DNA from: Octopus sinensis
Lineage: Eukaryota
NCBI RefSeq assembly: GCF_006345805.1
Contig: NC_043009.1
Coordinates: 23,560,001 to 23,624,000 of the forward strand
Reading direction: 5' to 3'
DNA length: 64,000 bases
Position 1 is the stretch's first letter; each line of letters starts with the position of its first letter. The notes beneath the pieces were generated by a model. That model was given only the letters and a program-made list of their open reading frames with translations, made no database searches and had not been told where the DNA came from. This document shows positions 37,456-51,043 of the stretch, piece by piece. Both the position numbers and the translations under genes were made by a program.

Positions 37456-37501
37456 AAATATATATATAGAAGAGAGAGAACAAGAGTACGTACGCCGCTA
37501 T

Positions 37502-37559
<58 letters not shown>

Positions 37560-37560
<1 letters not shown>

Positions 37561-37850
37561 ATACAAAATGGGACAAGAACGCAAATCATCCGGACAGCTA
37601 GGTTATACAAAAAGGGACAACAAGACATCCAGATAGACGATACAAAGAAAACAAAGAAGTTTTCTTTCTTCAGTCAAGCACCAGGTTATCCTCGCAATTT
37701 CGGCTGATTATTCTTGAGATTGCTCCAATCTGACCAGCCCCAAGGAAAAACTAAGCTAAGAGCATTAGATTCCTTGGAAGAAAAGCAGCGAATGTATACA
37801 AAAATAAGGACGGAAAAAACGGACAATATTACACAAATGCTAGGGGTTTT
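37560..37850 (-). mobile_element. Penelope-like non-coding repeat (same family as 25155-25550)
   Basis: Direct homology in reverse orientation. Confidence 0.55.
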
Positions 37851-38894
37851 CCGTCATGGCCGAAGAACCCTCAAATCCCTTTCCTGTTTATACAATCGAA
37901 TGCTTTACCGAAATCATTAGGGCTGAGAAAGAAAGGAGGCATCCATTTACAAAGACACACCTCATAGTCAGTCAAAATTTAAGATATTTAAAAATTGTGA
38001 ACCTCGCAGCAGGTCGTGAGTTTGATCTTCCCCAGAACCTGTCATTATTCAATGGAGGTGCCCCAGTAAGGCCACAATCTTTGGGCTGGAATACATAAAA
38101 GAATAAACGAATAGAGGCCTTTGGAGCAAATCCAAGTAGGAAAGGATTGACCAGCAAGAGAAGACAAGATATACATTAAAGAGATCGAGAGAATGTCTGG
38201 CAGAGCGAGACTTTGATTAGAAACCAGAGTTGAAGAAAATACATTGTTAGCTCCAGAATGATTCTGTTGAGCATGAAACACTTAGCAATGACTGACTGAA
38301 TGACCGGTTCCTTACATACAAACACGCACAGTCACAAATATATCGTTAATGAATGGATACATGACCTCGTATGCTATATTTTGATATGTCTAACTGATCG
38401 GAAATTAATAAGAGCCGTGATCAAGTTTAGTGTTAATTTAAATAAATTGAAAGAATGAGGCACTAAAAAGACAGTCTCTTAAAATATATAGCATTATTGC
38501 TATCTTTCTGATAGACTGTAATGAGTCATCATCATTCGGTGTGTGCGTGGTGTGTGTATGTATCCATCATTTTCTGTTAAAATGTCTTATTGACGAGTTT
38601 CATTTCTTCATTTCCTTGTAGAGAAGATTACATTGTTTTACACCATTTTATTCCTTTGGAATAATACCATTGATATTTTCGAAACATGTGTCGGAAGTAA
38701 AGAATTTGAATAATACCTGCGTTTAACTCCATTTATTTATTTATATATATTATACAAAATATTTCATGTAAACCCGAAGTTTCTACCTTTAAAAACAAGA
38801 AGTTACAACTTTTTTACTTGTGTGACTTTTTGCTACCCTGGTAAATATTTATATATATTTTCCGTGTTAATTGTTAAGAAGGGAAAATACACAC

Positions 38895-39040
<146 letters not shown>

Positions 39041-39457
39041 TTGTAATTGTGTACCATGTTATCCGTATTTTGTCTTTGTTATCTTTGTTGTTGTACGCAT
39101 TCGCTAGCTTTCTTACAAAAAATCTAATGATCTTAGCTTAGACTTTTTGTGGGGCAACCAAATCGAACTGCCTCAAGTGTAACTGTCCGAAACTGTAAGG
39201 GCATCTGGTAACTTGACTGAGGAAAGAAGGCCACGAATAACCCGTCTTCTTTTCGCTGTGCCTCTAATTTTTGTTTCTCCTGTCCGCCTTTGTATCGTCT
39301 ATCTGTCCGAATGCATTATTGTCTTCTATTGCATTTTTGTTCCATTTTTTAATATTAATATATACCTATAGTGGCGCACGTACACACATGTACTCACCCT
39401 ATATATACATATACATACATACATACATACATACATACATACATACATACATACATA

Positions 39458-39507
<50 letters not shown>

Positions 39508-39993
39508 ACATACATAATACATACATACATACATACATACATACATACATACATACATACATACATACATACATACATACATACGGCTCAGTGGTTTAGG
39601 TGTTCAGTTTATGACTATCAGATTGTAGGTTCATTTCCCTGGTCGATGGTATGTTTTTATCCCTGACGAAAGCATTACATTTCACGTTGCTCCAGTCTAC
39701 TCAACTGCAAAAGGCCACCACCCTGGTACTCAGGCTGTTAGCACACCCCAATATATCTCTGGGTGAAAGGTGATGGAAGGATGGGGGGCGGAGGGAGGGA
39801 GGGTAAGGGAGGGAGTCTGTATGTGTTTGTGTGTGCACGGGTACCTAACAGGACTAACTGAAAGGATTGATACGTGTCACTGGGCCATACTTTCTCGTAA
39901 GTGATTGTAGGCCGAACTTTACTTTTAATATATGCCTTGATGAAAAGATAAGCATGTGTGTATATATATGTCAAACACACACATACACATCCG

Positions 39994-40064
<71 letters not shown>

Positions 40065-40385
40065 CATGCACATTTATTTATATCCGTATATATGGGTATG
40101 TTAATATATCTATGTATACTTACATGTATGTGTGTGCGTCTCTTTCTATATGTATGTATGTATACACGTATACATACATACATTTATGTGTGTGTGAATA
40201 TATATATATATATAGACACACACACTTATATACATACATATGAACCCCTACATATAATATATATATACACACGCTCACCTACAAACGTACACTCACACAA
40301 TCATTAAGAATTATTGACAAACGTATTAATGCATAATAACGGTTATATAATTGGATCAATGACTAGCCCTAACATCCATCAGTCC

Positions 40386-40475
<90 letters not shown>

Positions 40476-40477
40476 GA

Positions 40478-40521
<44 letters not shown>

Positions 40522-40649
40522 GTAGTGACATACAACCATGTTTGTTCGGTCGTACTTTCTTTAAACGTATACCTACATAAAACTTGTGCACGCACACACA
40601 CACAGCAGCTGCCGCAACAGGCAGATGTACAATCATCCGTAGCAACCAC

Positions 40650-40990
40650 AACTATAACAACAACAACAACAATCGTTGTCAACTTGATGATGATGATGAT
40701 CATCATCATCATCATCATCATCATTATCATCAGCAAAATACTCATCATCATAGTCATAACCACCACCACCACCACCACCACCACCACCACCACCACCACC
40801 ACCACTGCCGCCGCCTCCATCACCCTCCCAGCGTCACCGCCGCCGTCGCCACCACCACCATCACCACCCGCACCTTATTGCTTATAGTTTAATTGTCGTT
40901 AATGATAGCGGTAATCTCTTCCTCAGCTGACGCGCACGCACATCACCATCATCATCTTCGGCAATAACATCAGCAGCAACAACAGCAACA
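40650..40990. repeat. Compound trinucleotide tract (AAC/GAT/CAT/CAC/CGC)
   Basis: Direct inspection. Confidence 0.9.
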
Positions 40991-41229
40991 CACGTTAACC
41001 TCAACGCTGTCGCTGGACCTGCTAGAAAGAGCAGCTTAATTCCTCTCATGTTGCTTCCTGATTGTGTTAAATAATTTTTTCCAATATAACCACAAGTCCA
41101 GAAATGTTGTGAGGAGGAGTTTAGCCGATTAAATCAATCACAATATGTAACCGATACTTTAGTTATCTCGGAGGGATGAAAAAGCAAGATTGGAATCAGC
41201 GCGATTTGAACTCTGTACGTAATATTAGG

Positions 41230-41600
41230 TCAGATATGGGGGTGCCTGCACCATTGCAGCGCTTCTGTATTTACCGTTTGTCAGTATCTTCCCAGGTCCT
41301 TCTGGCCAGTCCCAGTCATTACCCATTTCCGCGAGTTATCTCCTCATCTGCCGTGACCACGTGGTATGTGGTCAACCAACACGAGCCATCAACCCAAACG
41401 CATCTTTAGATAAGCAGAGTCTAACTTGAAAAACCGAGCAACATGGTCAGACTGTCAGAGCTGGTGCTCTCAAATCATGCAAGTAACAGGACGCATCTCA
41501 GTTTCTGTGCAGAGTGCTCATTTGGATACGAAATCCGACCAATGGCAACCCGTCATTCTGAGAATTGTCCTGGTTCCAAAGGAGTTCAGACGACCCCTAA
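41230..41600 (-). mobile_element. Old RTE (Rex3-like) LINE 3' coding fragment
   Basis: RMTGCHWSDFVSK*ALCTETEMRPVTCMI*EHQL*QSDHVARF resembles the RTE ORF2 C-terminus. Confidence 0.6.
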
Positions 41601-41639
41601 GGGCCCCAGACAGTAATATGAAAGTAATAAAATATATAA

Positions 41640-41880
41640 ATGCGCCCTTTTAAAGCCTAGTCAGGCCCATGGGCCTGGTTTCCATGGCGTATGTGTTTCC
41701 ATGCTGGATGGGACGCCAGTCCATCGCAGTGTTACTCATTTTTACCAGCTGAGTGGTCTGGAGCAACGTGAAATGAAGCGTTTTGCACAAGAACACAGCG
41801 CGTTGCCCGGTCCAGGAATCGAAACCACAATCTTGCGATCATGATGCTGACATCCTAACCACTAAGCCACGCGCCTCCAC
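41640..41880 (-). mobile_element. SINE family C variant
   Basis: tggaggcgcgtggcttagtggttagg head and CORE-like block. A related copy lies at 42560-42820. Confidence 0.8.
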
Positions 41881-43224
41881 AAATGTGAGCGTAATGTGCT
41901 GTAATTAAAAACCGCAGGGAATTTTTGTACCGATGCTATGACGGTTGTACGAATCTTTTAACTTGAATGATCCAATAGATAATGTAGTCTAACCAGAATC
42001 TCTTAAGAGGGCGAGATAGATGCCTTTAGTCGAAGGTCTACTCATTGAGAGTGAACCTAGGGTTAAACATTGACAACAACCATACCATAACAACAACAAT
42101 AACAACAGCAGACACAGCAATTTAGCGAGGATTTGCGAAATCGGCCTTGGGCCTAGGGCATGTCACGCCCGGGGCAGCCCTTAAGTTTTTTGCCTCACCG
42201 AACCCGCCGGTCTATACAGGCATATACAGCAGACCCAAAAGTGACACCCCCGGAAAAGCGTTGTCGGAGGTAGACCACTCCTTCTCCTACAATTCAGCTA
42301 CGCAACTGGCCTTGGGCGGTTACGTTCAGGGTTCGAAGCTTGCCGAGGTGGATTTTACACTTCATGTTTTTGGAGTTAATTAAGATAAATTACAGGTCAA
42401 GTACTGGGGTGGGGAGGAGAGGGTAGAGTGGGGACAGTGGTGTGATGTTATTGACTAACTCCTCCTCCCCTTATCACCGAATTTCTGGCCTTGTGCCTAT
42501 GTTAAATGCAATTATTAAGGGTGGTGGGCTGGCGGAATCATAAGCGCGTCGGACAAAATATAGTCTATAACCCCTTCTCAAGTCATATACGAGACTCATA
42601 GGGCTGGTTTCCCGGTTTTTATGATGTATATAATTCCCACCTGGACGGAACTCCGGTCCGTCGTTGGATTACTTATTTTTGCCGGCTGAGAGGACTGGTG
42701 CAACGTGAAATGAAGGGTTTTGCTCAAAACCGGTGTTTGCATTGACTAGTCCAGGAATCGAAACTAAAATCTCGCGACCACGAGTGTAACACCCTAACCA
42801 CTAAGTCACACACCTCCATTCTTTAGACAAAAATGCCTTGCAATATTTTTTCTGGCAAAGGTGGCGAGCTGGCAGAATTATTAGCACGCCGACCAAATGC
42901 TTGGCGGCATTTCGTCCGTCTGAGTTCTTATTCCGTCGAGGTCGACTTTGCCTTGCATCCTTTCGTGGTTGATAAAATAAGTACCAGTTAAATATTGGAG
43001 TCGACCTAATCGACTGCTCCCCCCTAAAATTGCTGGCCTTGAGCCAAAATTTGAAATCCATATTTCTTCTGGCTCTTTATGTTTTAAGTTCAAATCTCGC
43101 CGATGTCAAATTTGCGTTTTATCCCTCCAGGGTCTGTGAAGTAATGTACCTAGATTAGTGTCTAAACAACGAGAGCAACAACAATAAATAAGAATACTGA
43201 CAACAGCAAAAACAACAACAATAC

Positions 43225-43414
43225 TCTTTTACTTGTTTCAGTCATTTGACTGCAGCCATGCTGGAGCACCGCCTTTAGTCGAGCAAATCGACCCCAGGAC
43301 TTATTCTTTGTAAGCTTAGTACTTATTCTATCGGTTTCTTTTGCTGAACCGCTAAGTTACGGGAGCGTAAACACACCAGCATCGGTTGTCAAGCGATGTT
43401 GGAGGGACAAACAG

Positions 43415-43475
<61 letters not shown>

Positions 43476-43638
43476 TATACGACGGGCTTTTTTCAATTTC
43501 CGTCTACAAAATCCACTCACAAGGCTTTGGTCGGCCCGAGGCTATAGTAGAAGACACTTGCCCAAGGTGCCACACAATAGGACTGAACCTGGAACTATGT
43601 GGTTCGTAAGCAAGCTACTTACCACACAGCCACTCCTG
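43225..43638 (-). mobile_element. Full-length SINE family A
   Basis: Colinear with other A copies. Confidence 0.88.
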
Positions 43639-43689
43639 CAAAACGTCAACAACAACGATGTCTGCAGAATAATCCTTTCTACTGGAAGG

Positions 43690-44066
43690 AAACACAAGGC
43701 CTCAGATTTTGGGGAAAGGATTAAGTCGATTCCATCGACCCCAGTATGTAACTGGTACTTATTTGCGACCCCGAAAAGATGAAAAGCAAAGTCGATCTCA
43801 GCGGAATTTGAACTCAGAACGTAACGGCAGACGAAATACCTATTTCTTTACTACCCACAAGGGGCTAAACACAGAAGGGACAAACAAGGACAGACAAACG
43901 GATTAAGTCGATTACATCGACACCAGTGCGTAACTGGTACTTAATTTATCGACCCGAAAGGATGAAAGGCAAAGTCGACCTCGGCGGAATTTGAACTCAG
44001 AACGTAACGGCAGACGAAATGCCGCTAAGCATTTCGCCCGGCGTGCTAACGGTTCTACCAGCTCGC
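43690..44066 (-). mobile_element. Nested SINE B dimer: a B2 copy whose tail abuts gtatttcgtctgccg of a second B copy
   Basis: Junction at 43839/43840: gtaaagaaatag|gtatttcgtctgccg in the sense orientation. Confidence 0.85.
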
Positions 44067-44149
44067 AATCTTTGTCTGCAGAATAATAATAACAAAAACT
44101 GTAAGTGATGACAGCGATCCTAACAACAACCGCTGACATTTGTATACAC

Positions 44150-44158
44150 GACATCATT

Positions 44159-44216
<58 letters not shown>

Positions 44217-44490
44217 CCACCACCATCACCATCATCATCATGAGCAGCAGCAGCAGCAGCGGAGCACCATCGTCATCGCCGTCCACTTCATCTTCCTTCT
44301 CATCGTCTGCTTCATCATCATCATATTCACCATCATCGTCGTCGTCGCGGTCAGCATCTTCATCAGCATCATCGTCATCGTGATCGTGGTCGTTGTCATC
44401 ATTATCATCGTCATCATCGCCATCACGCCATCATCAACGTCGTCATCTTCATCATCAATGGCACCAGTATCGTCGTCATCACCATCATAT
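44150..44490. repeat. (CAT)n/(CAG)n/(CGT)n low-complexity tract
   Basis: Direct inspection. Confidence 0.9.
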
Positions 44491-44612
44491 GAGCCAAAGT
44501 GGTGCCACTAACAGGCAGACGCTCTATGTGCTAGAAGCAGTAGCCAAATCTCCTTCGGATTGCATCGTACCACTTAAGACAAAAAAATAAATGCGACAAA
44601 GAAATCAAAGGA

Positions 44613-44771
44613 ACAGGAGTGGCTGTGTGGTAAGTAGCTTGCTTACCAACCACATTGTTCCGGGTTCAGTCCCACTGTGTGGCACCTTGGGCAAGTGTCT
44701 TCTACTATAGCCTCGGGCCGACCAAAGCCTTGTGAGTAGATTTGGTAGACGGAAACTGAAAGAAGCCCATC

Positions 44772-44850
<79 letters not shown>

Positions 44851-45060
44851 ATATATGTTTGTGTGTCTGTGTTTGTTCCCCCAACATCGCTTGACAACCG
44901 ATGCTGGTGTGTTTACGTCCCCGTAACTTAGCGGTTCGGCAAAAGACACCGATAGAATAAGTACTAGGCTTACAAAGAATAAGTCCTGGGGGTCGATTTG
45001 CTCGACTAAAAGGCGGTGCTCCAGCATGGCCGCAATAAAATGACTGAAACAAGTGAAAGA
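44613..45060 (+). mobile_element. Full-length SINE family A
   Basis: Head, internal (TA)n(TG)n and tail. Confidence 0.88.
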
Positions 45061-45189
45061 GAGAAGGAGAGATAAAGAGAGGAACGGAAAGGGCAAAGAT
45101 AATGCAGCCTGGCAACACTTAAAACAAACTGTCGAGATGGTCATGACTGGAATAAGCCATGTCCGTTTAGGATTGCTACGGAGCTAAAG

Positions 45190-45560
45190 AACAACAACAA
45201 CGGCAACAACAACAACAACTGGGAAAACCACAGCGACCGCCGTAACGACGTAAAGAATTACATATGCATCATCATCATCGACAACAGAAGCAGACACATC
45301 AGTAGTAGTAGTAGTAGTATTGGTGCGGGTGCTAGCATTAGCACTATCATCATCATCATCATCATCATCGTCATCAATAATAATACCAAGAATCACAATA
45401 ATAACGGCGGCAGCAGCAGCAGCAGCAGCAGCAGCAGAGCTAATATCGATAGCGGCAGTAGTAACAAATATGAGCAGCAGCAGCAACAGCAGCAGTAACA
45501 ACAACATTGATAGCAGAAGTAGTAGCAACAACAATAGCGGCTGCAGCATTGGTAGTAGTC

Positions 45561-45615
<55 letters not shown>

Positions 45616-46560
45616 CAGCAGCAGCAGCAGCAGCAGCAGCTGTAGCACGAAGACGACGACGACGACGACGACGACCACCACCACCACAACTAACAGGAGA
45701 ATGAGTTGTAAGGTCAACAACCGCAAAACCTGAAATATTAGCGAAAAGGAAGGAAGAACAGCTACAGCAGCAGAAGCTGCAATAACAGATGCAGCAGCAG
45801 CAGATGTAATCGTGGCGGTATTTGCAGCATCTGCAGCAAGGGAAAACAACGGCAGCAACAACAGCAACAGCAGCATTAATGAAAGCGAAGACACAGTAGT
45901 AATGACGTAACTAATCTGACAATTAATAGCAGAGGACAAAAGTTGCAGCAACGGTGAATAAACAGCTGCAGTTATACGAGAAACCAATTGCAACAACAGT
46001 GCATAACTACAGCATCAGTTGCACAAGGAGCTGCAGCACAAGGAGCTTCAGCAGCAACACCCAACTGTTGCAGCAGCTCACACCAGTTGCACCGTCATCA
46101 GCAGCGCACACCAGTCGCATTATCTTCAGCAGCAGCACCCAGCCGTTGCATCATCGTCACCAGCAGCACGTAACTGTTGCATTATCTTCATCAGCAGCAC
46201 CCATCAGTTGCATCATCGTCACCAGCAGCATCCAGATATTGCAACAACAGTAGCACGAACTTTTGCAGCTGTACCCTATGTCGTATGTGGTTCATAACTG
46301 CGCGCAACAGCTGCATACGACTGCAACAGTCTTATACATACAACTGTTGCAACATCAGCGGCAGCACACTGCAGTAACGGCAGCGGTGGTGTAAAACAAT
46401 TTCGACAACGTCGGACTGGATAACAATTGCAGCAATTGCACACAAGAGTTGCGTTGCAGTAACTGCAATAAAATAAACGATAACTGAAACAGCAACATGA
46501 ATGAATGTAATGTTAACGGCCATTCATCTACAGCAGCAGCAGCAGCAACAGCAACTGCAG
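45190..46560. repeat. Long mosaic trinucleotide region with approximately 30-bp minisatellite units
   Basis: (CAG/AGT/AAC/GAC/CAT)n blocks. Units like gttgcat(c/t)atc(g/t)tca(c/g)cagcagcac at 46080-46240. Confidence 0.85.
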
Positions 46561-46684
46561 CAGTAGTAATATCTGCTGCAACATGAAAGTAGATTTTCCT
46601 GATATGACCAGTTTTGGACAGCAAATGAATAAAATAGGAAAAAAAACAAAAGAAAATTTTAACGTAATCTTTTTGGAAATAATA

Positions 46685-46846
46685 GGCGTAGGAGTGGCTG
46701 TGTGGTAAGTAGCTTGCTTACCAACCACATGGTTCCGGGTTCAGTCCCACTGCGTAGCAACTTGGGCAAATGTATTCTACTATAGCATCGGGCCAACCAA
46801 AGCCTCGTGAGTGGATTGGTAGACGGAAACTGAAAGAAGCCCGTCG

Positions 46847-46919
<73 letters not shown>

Positions 46920-47160
46920 ACACACACACACACACATATATATATATGTATGTGTGTGTATAAGTTTGTATGTCTATGTTTGTCCCCCCAACATCGCTTG
47001 ACAACCGATGCTGGTATGTTTACGTCCCCGTTCGGCAAAAGAGACCGATAGAATAAGTACTAGGCTTACAAAGAATAAGTCCTGGAGTCGATTTGCTCGA
47101 CCAAAGGCGGTGTTCCGGCATGGCCACAGTCAAAATGACTGAAACGAGTAAAAGAATAAA
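46685..47160 (+). mobile_element. SINE family A
   Basis: Starts ta|ggcgtaggagtggctgtgtgg. Confidence 0.87.
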
Positions 47161-47899
47161 AAAAGTATAATAATCAAATAAATCGATCGAAGACTTATTC
47201 TTAAGCCTGGTATCTTGGTACCTACTTTATCGTTTTTCTTTTGCTGAACCGCTATGTTACGAGGACGTAAGCGTGTCAACATTGGTTGTTAAGTTGTAAT
47301 GGGAACAAACATATACTCTCTCTCTCTCTCTCAAATATACACACACACACAAACACAATTGACTTCTATACAGTTTCCGTCTACCACATTTATTCCTAAG
47401 GCAATGGTCGACCTGGGGCCATACTAGAAGACACTCGCCCAAGGTGCCGCGGAGTGGGACCGAACTCAAAGCCACTTAGTTGCAAAGCGAGTTTCTTAAC
47501 CACACAGCCATGCCTGCGCCTGCTTTTGTATGGATTTAATACATCTGTTCCGGTCGAATGTTGAAATTCGCTTTGTAATCCCTAGACCACTGCATAGTGC
47601 AACGAGGGTAAGTCACATTTTCGAGTCGATTTAACTCTTAGGAATGGAATTGGGGTGACGGAAACTGTGTGGAATCCCGCCAGATTGGTTGAACTTGCAA
47701 TGCAAAAGTTACAGCAATGATGCACACCACTGCATCATAATAATTCCGCCAGAGAATTACAATAAGAAAACATGTGTCTTAGGAATACTCAGCCACTTGA
47801 CATGGTAATTCAATGAGAGAGTAGTTCATTTGATCGAGCAACGCGGCCTTCATCGTCGAAAATGGTGAAGATCCATTTATTTTCTTGTCATCACCACGT

Positions 47900-48340
47900 A
47901 ACCTAGTTGACACCATCCCTACCATGCTCCTGTTCCTCCTGTTCCGCCTTCTCTGCTTCACCTCCCCTTCTCCCCCACACACCCTCATCCTCCCTCACAC
48001 CCTCCTCCCCCACATCCCCCTTCCCCACATCCCCTCCTCATCGTTATCATCGTCGTTGTCATCACCGTTATCATCAACGTCGTCGTCATTGTCATCGTCA
48101 TAACCATCATCATGATTGTAGTCGTCGTCGTCATCATCATCATCAGTAGCAGCAGTAGTAGAAGCAGCCATAGTAGTAGTAGAAGCGGTTGCAGCAGCAG
48201 CAGCAGCAGCACAGTATCGTCGTCGTCATCGTTGTCTTCGTATTCCTCCTCCTCCTCCTCCTCCCCATCATCCCCATCATCATCATCATCATCATCATCA
48301 TCACTACCACCATTACCCTGAATACCACTATTAACACCAC
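47900..48340. repeat. C-rich and trinucleotide low-complexity tract
   Basis: Direct inspection. Confidence 0.85.
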
Positions 48341-48853
48341 CAATGCTCTAATATCGAACCTTACAACATTGAACACCTCCATATATATACCCTTTCTACC
48401 ACCACTCGCTGACGATAGAACTGGGAAGCTTCTGAATGGTTGCACCACCTGCTAAAAATAGCAGTCAAATCCCCCGTCACGTCAACCCCATACGACTTTA
48501 AATAAAGATATAATTCATAATTCAGCGTTTTTTGCATTCCCATCAGCAGTGCCCTCTGGTGGTTTCCTCTCATTCACCCATCTCGTCAGTTCACCTGCTG
48601 CACTTCTTTAATAATCAATATTTTCTACAGGATGAGAGACGAGTAATTGGTCGGATCCATTGAACTATCGTCTACTTCTAACAGCCTAAGATTCATGGAA
48701 ATGTAGGCGGCCTCTATCTCGGTTGAAACCCGACTTCTTTCTTTGCACGACTACGTAGTTAAGAAGCACGCTTTGCGACCACATTGTTTCGAGTTTTGTT
48801 CCACCATGCAGCACCTTGAGCAAATGTCTTCTATCACAGCCGTTGAAAATCCA

Positions 48854-48891
<38 letters not shown>

Positions 48892-49660
48892 TTGTATATG
48901 TATGCCCCTTTCCTCCTCACCAACTGACAACTACCGTTGGTTTGTTCATGTCCCCGTAACTTAGTAGTTCGGCAAAGCAAACCGACAGAATAAGTGAAAG
49001 ACTTAAAAAAAACAAAATAAAACATAAGTACTGGGATCGATTTATTCAACTAAAACGCTTCGTGGTGGTGCCCTAGCATGGCCGTAGTTCAATGACTGAA
49101 ACTAGCAGAAGACAACAAACGCTCGTAAACAAACAGGATCTTTGAAATTGAGTAGTGACATCAGCAAAAATCCGTCCAATCAAATTACAAGAAACACATC
49201 ACAGATTTTCGAGTAATGACGTCATCCCAGGTTTGATGCGTGTCTTCTGAACGTAAATCTCCTCACACAACTCGACGCAGTGTGTGACAAATCTGTACCG
49301 TTTGAATTACACGTGCAATCCACCCAAATGGATTCTATACAACTTGTTCATCCATTTTTATACTCAAGGTTTTGGTCAGCCAGCCGCCATAGAAACTGAC
49401 ATATGCCCAAGATTCCACAGAGAGGGATCGAACCCGAGACCTTATGGCTGCGAAATGAACTGCTTAATGATTTGTCCCTATTGCGATCATCAGATGATGA
49501 TGGCGACGGAGATGATGATAGTGATGATGATGATGAGGGCACCTCTTCGACGGCGTACATTCAACACTGGCCAATCCAGATTTGCCATTCCCATCTGTTG
49601 TGGTCAACACTTTATGGAGACAGAGTGGTTTCCGACCAAATCAGATATGTCTCCACCCTG

Positions 49661-49702
<42 letters not shown>

Positions 49703-50085
49703 TCTCTCTCTCCTTCCCTCCAATCAGATGTTCAGATTGGCTGGGTATTAACTATATCAGTCTCACTACTCTGCAGATGGGAGATAGTGAGAGAAAGAGA
49801 TAGGTAAATATCAAATAGCGAGACGAGGAGAGGGGGAGATACAGGTATTGCCCTCCCTCCTCTCCTCATTATATATCTCCTACATTTATAGATTCGACTG
49901 AAATTACTGGCATTAGTAAAGCCACCGATAGGATACTACGTAATGGTGGTGGTGTGGGTAGTGTTGGTTGGTGGGGGCGTACATTGCTTCTGATGTAGCA
50001 TGGTGTAGTGTAGAGTGATTTATACCGTTGTGCATAGTGTGGTGTAGTTTGAATATATATTAATGTGCGTACAGCCATATACATA

Positions 50086-50122
<37 letters not shown>

Positions 50123-50426
50123 TGTATGTATGTGTGTTATTATTCAATTTATTTTAAGATTTCTTACCAATAGAGAAACAGCCGGTTTTTAAACCTAGAT
50201 CCAAGGTTCCTCCATTGGAATTTCAACATCAACAACAGAGCATTTTTGTATGTATGTACGTACGTATGCATGCAAACATGTATGTATGTATGTATGTATG
50301 TATGTATACATGCATGTATGTATGTATGTATGTACATATGTATAATATATATAATTATGCATATATATATATATATATATCTCCATTGTCTCCCGAGACT
50401 GAAAGGATGCCAATACAATACAATAT

Positions 50427-50528
<102 letters not shown>

Positions 50529-50542
50529 CATGTATATACATA

Positions 50543-50945
50543 GGCGCAAGCGTGGTTGTGTGGTGAGAAGCTTGCTTCCCAGTCACGTGGTTCCGGGTTC
50601 AGTCCCACTGCGTGACATCCTGGTTATTTTCTACTATAGCCTCAGGCCGACTTGTGAAGGGATTTGGCAGAGGGAAACTGAAAGAAGCCTGTCATATTGT
50701 GTGTGTGTGTTTGTGTACATGCGTGCGTGTGTCTGTGTTTGTGTTTGTACCCCCATCACCGCTTGACAACCAGTGTTGCTATGTTTACGTCCCCGTAACT
50801 TTGCGGTTCGGCGAAAGAGACCGATAGCATAAGTGCTAGGCTTAAAAAAAGAAACGAGTCCTGGGGCCGATTTGTTCGACAAAAACTTTCAAGGCAGTGC
50901 TCCTGCATGACCACAGTCAAAGGACAGAAACAAGTGAAAGAATAG
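50543..50945 (+). mobile_element. SINE family A
   Basis: Starts ta|ggcgcaagcgtggttgtgtgg right after (TA)n. Confidence 0.85.
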
Positions 50946-50949
50946 TATA

Positions 50950-51043
<94 letters not shown>

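Noticed and set aside
44140-44511. Poly-His/poly-Ile/poly-Ser ORFs (also 40464-40892 and 47907-48455)
   Set aside because: Translations of (CAT)n-type microsatellites.
45184-45996. 270-aa poly-Leu/Val/Ala/Asp ORF and overlapping ORFs
   Set aside because: Produced by trinucleotide repeats that are open in several frames on both strands; no domain or splice context.
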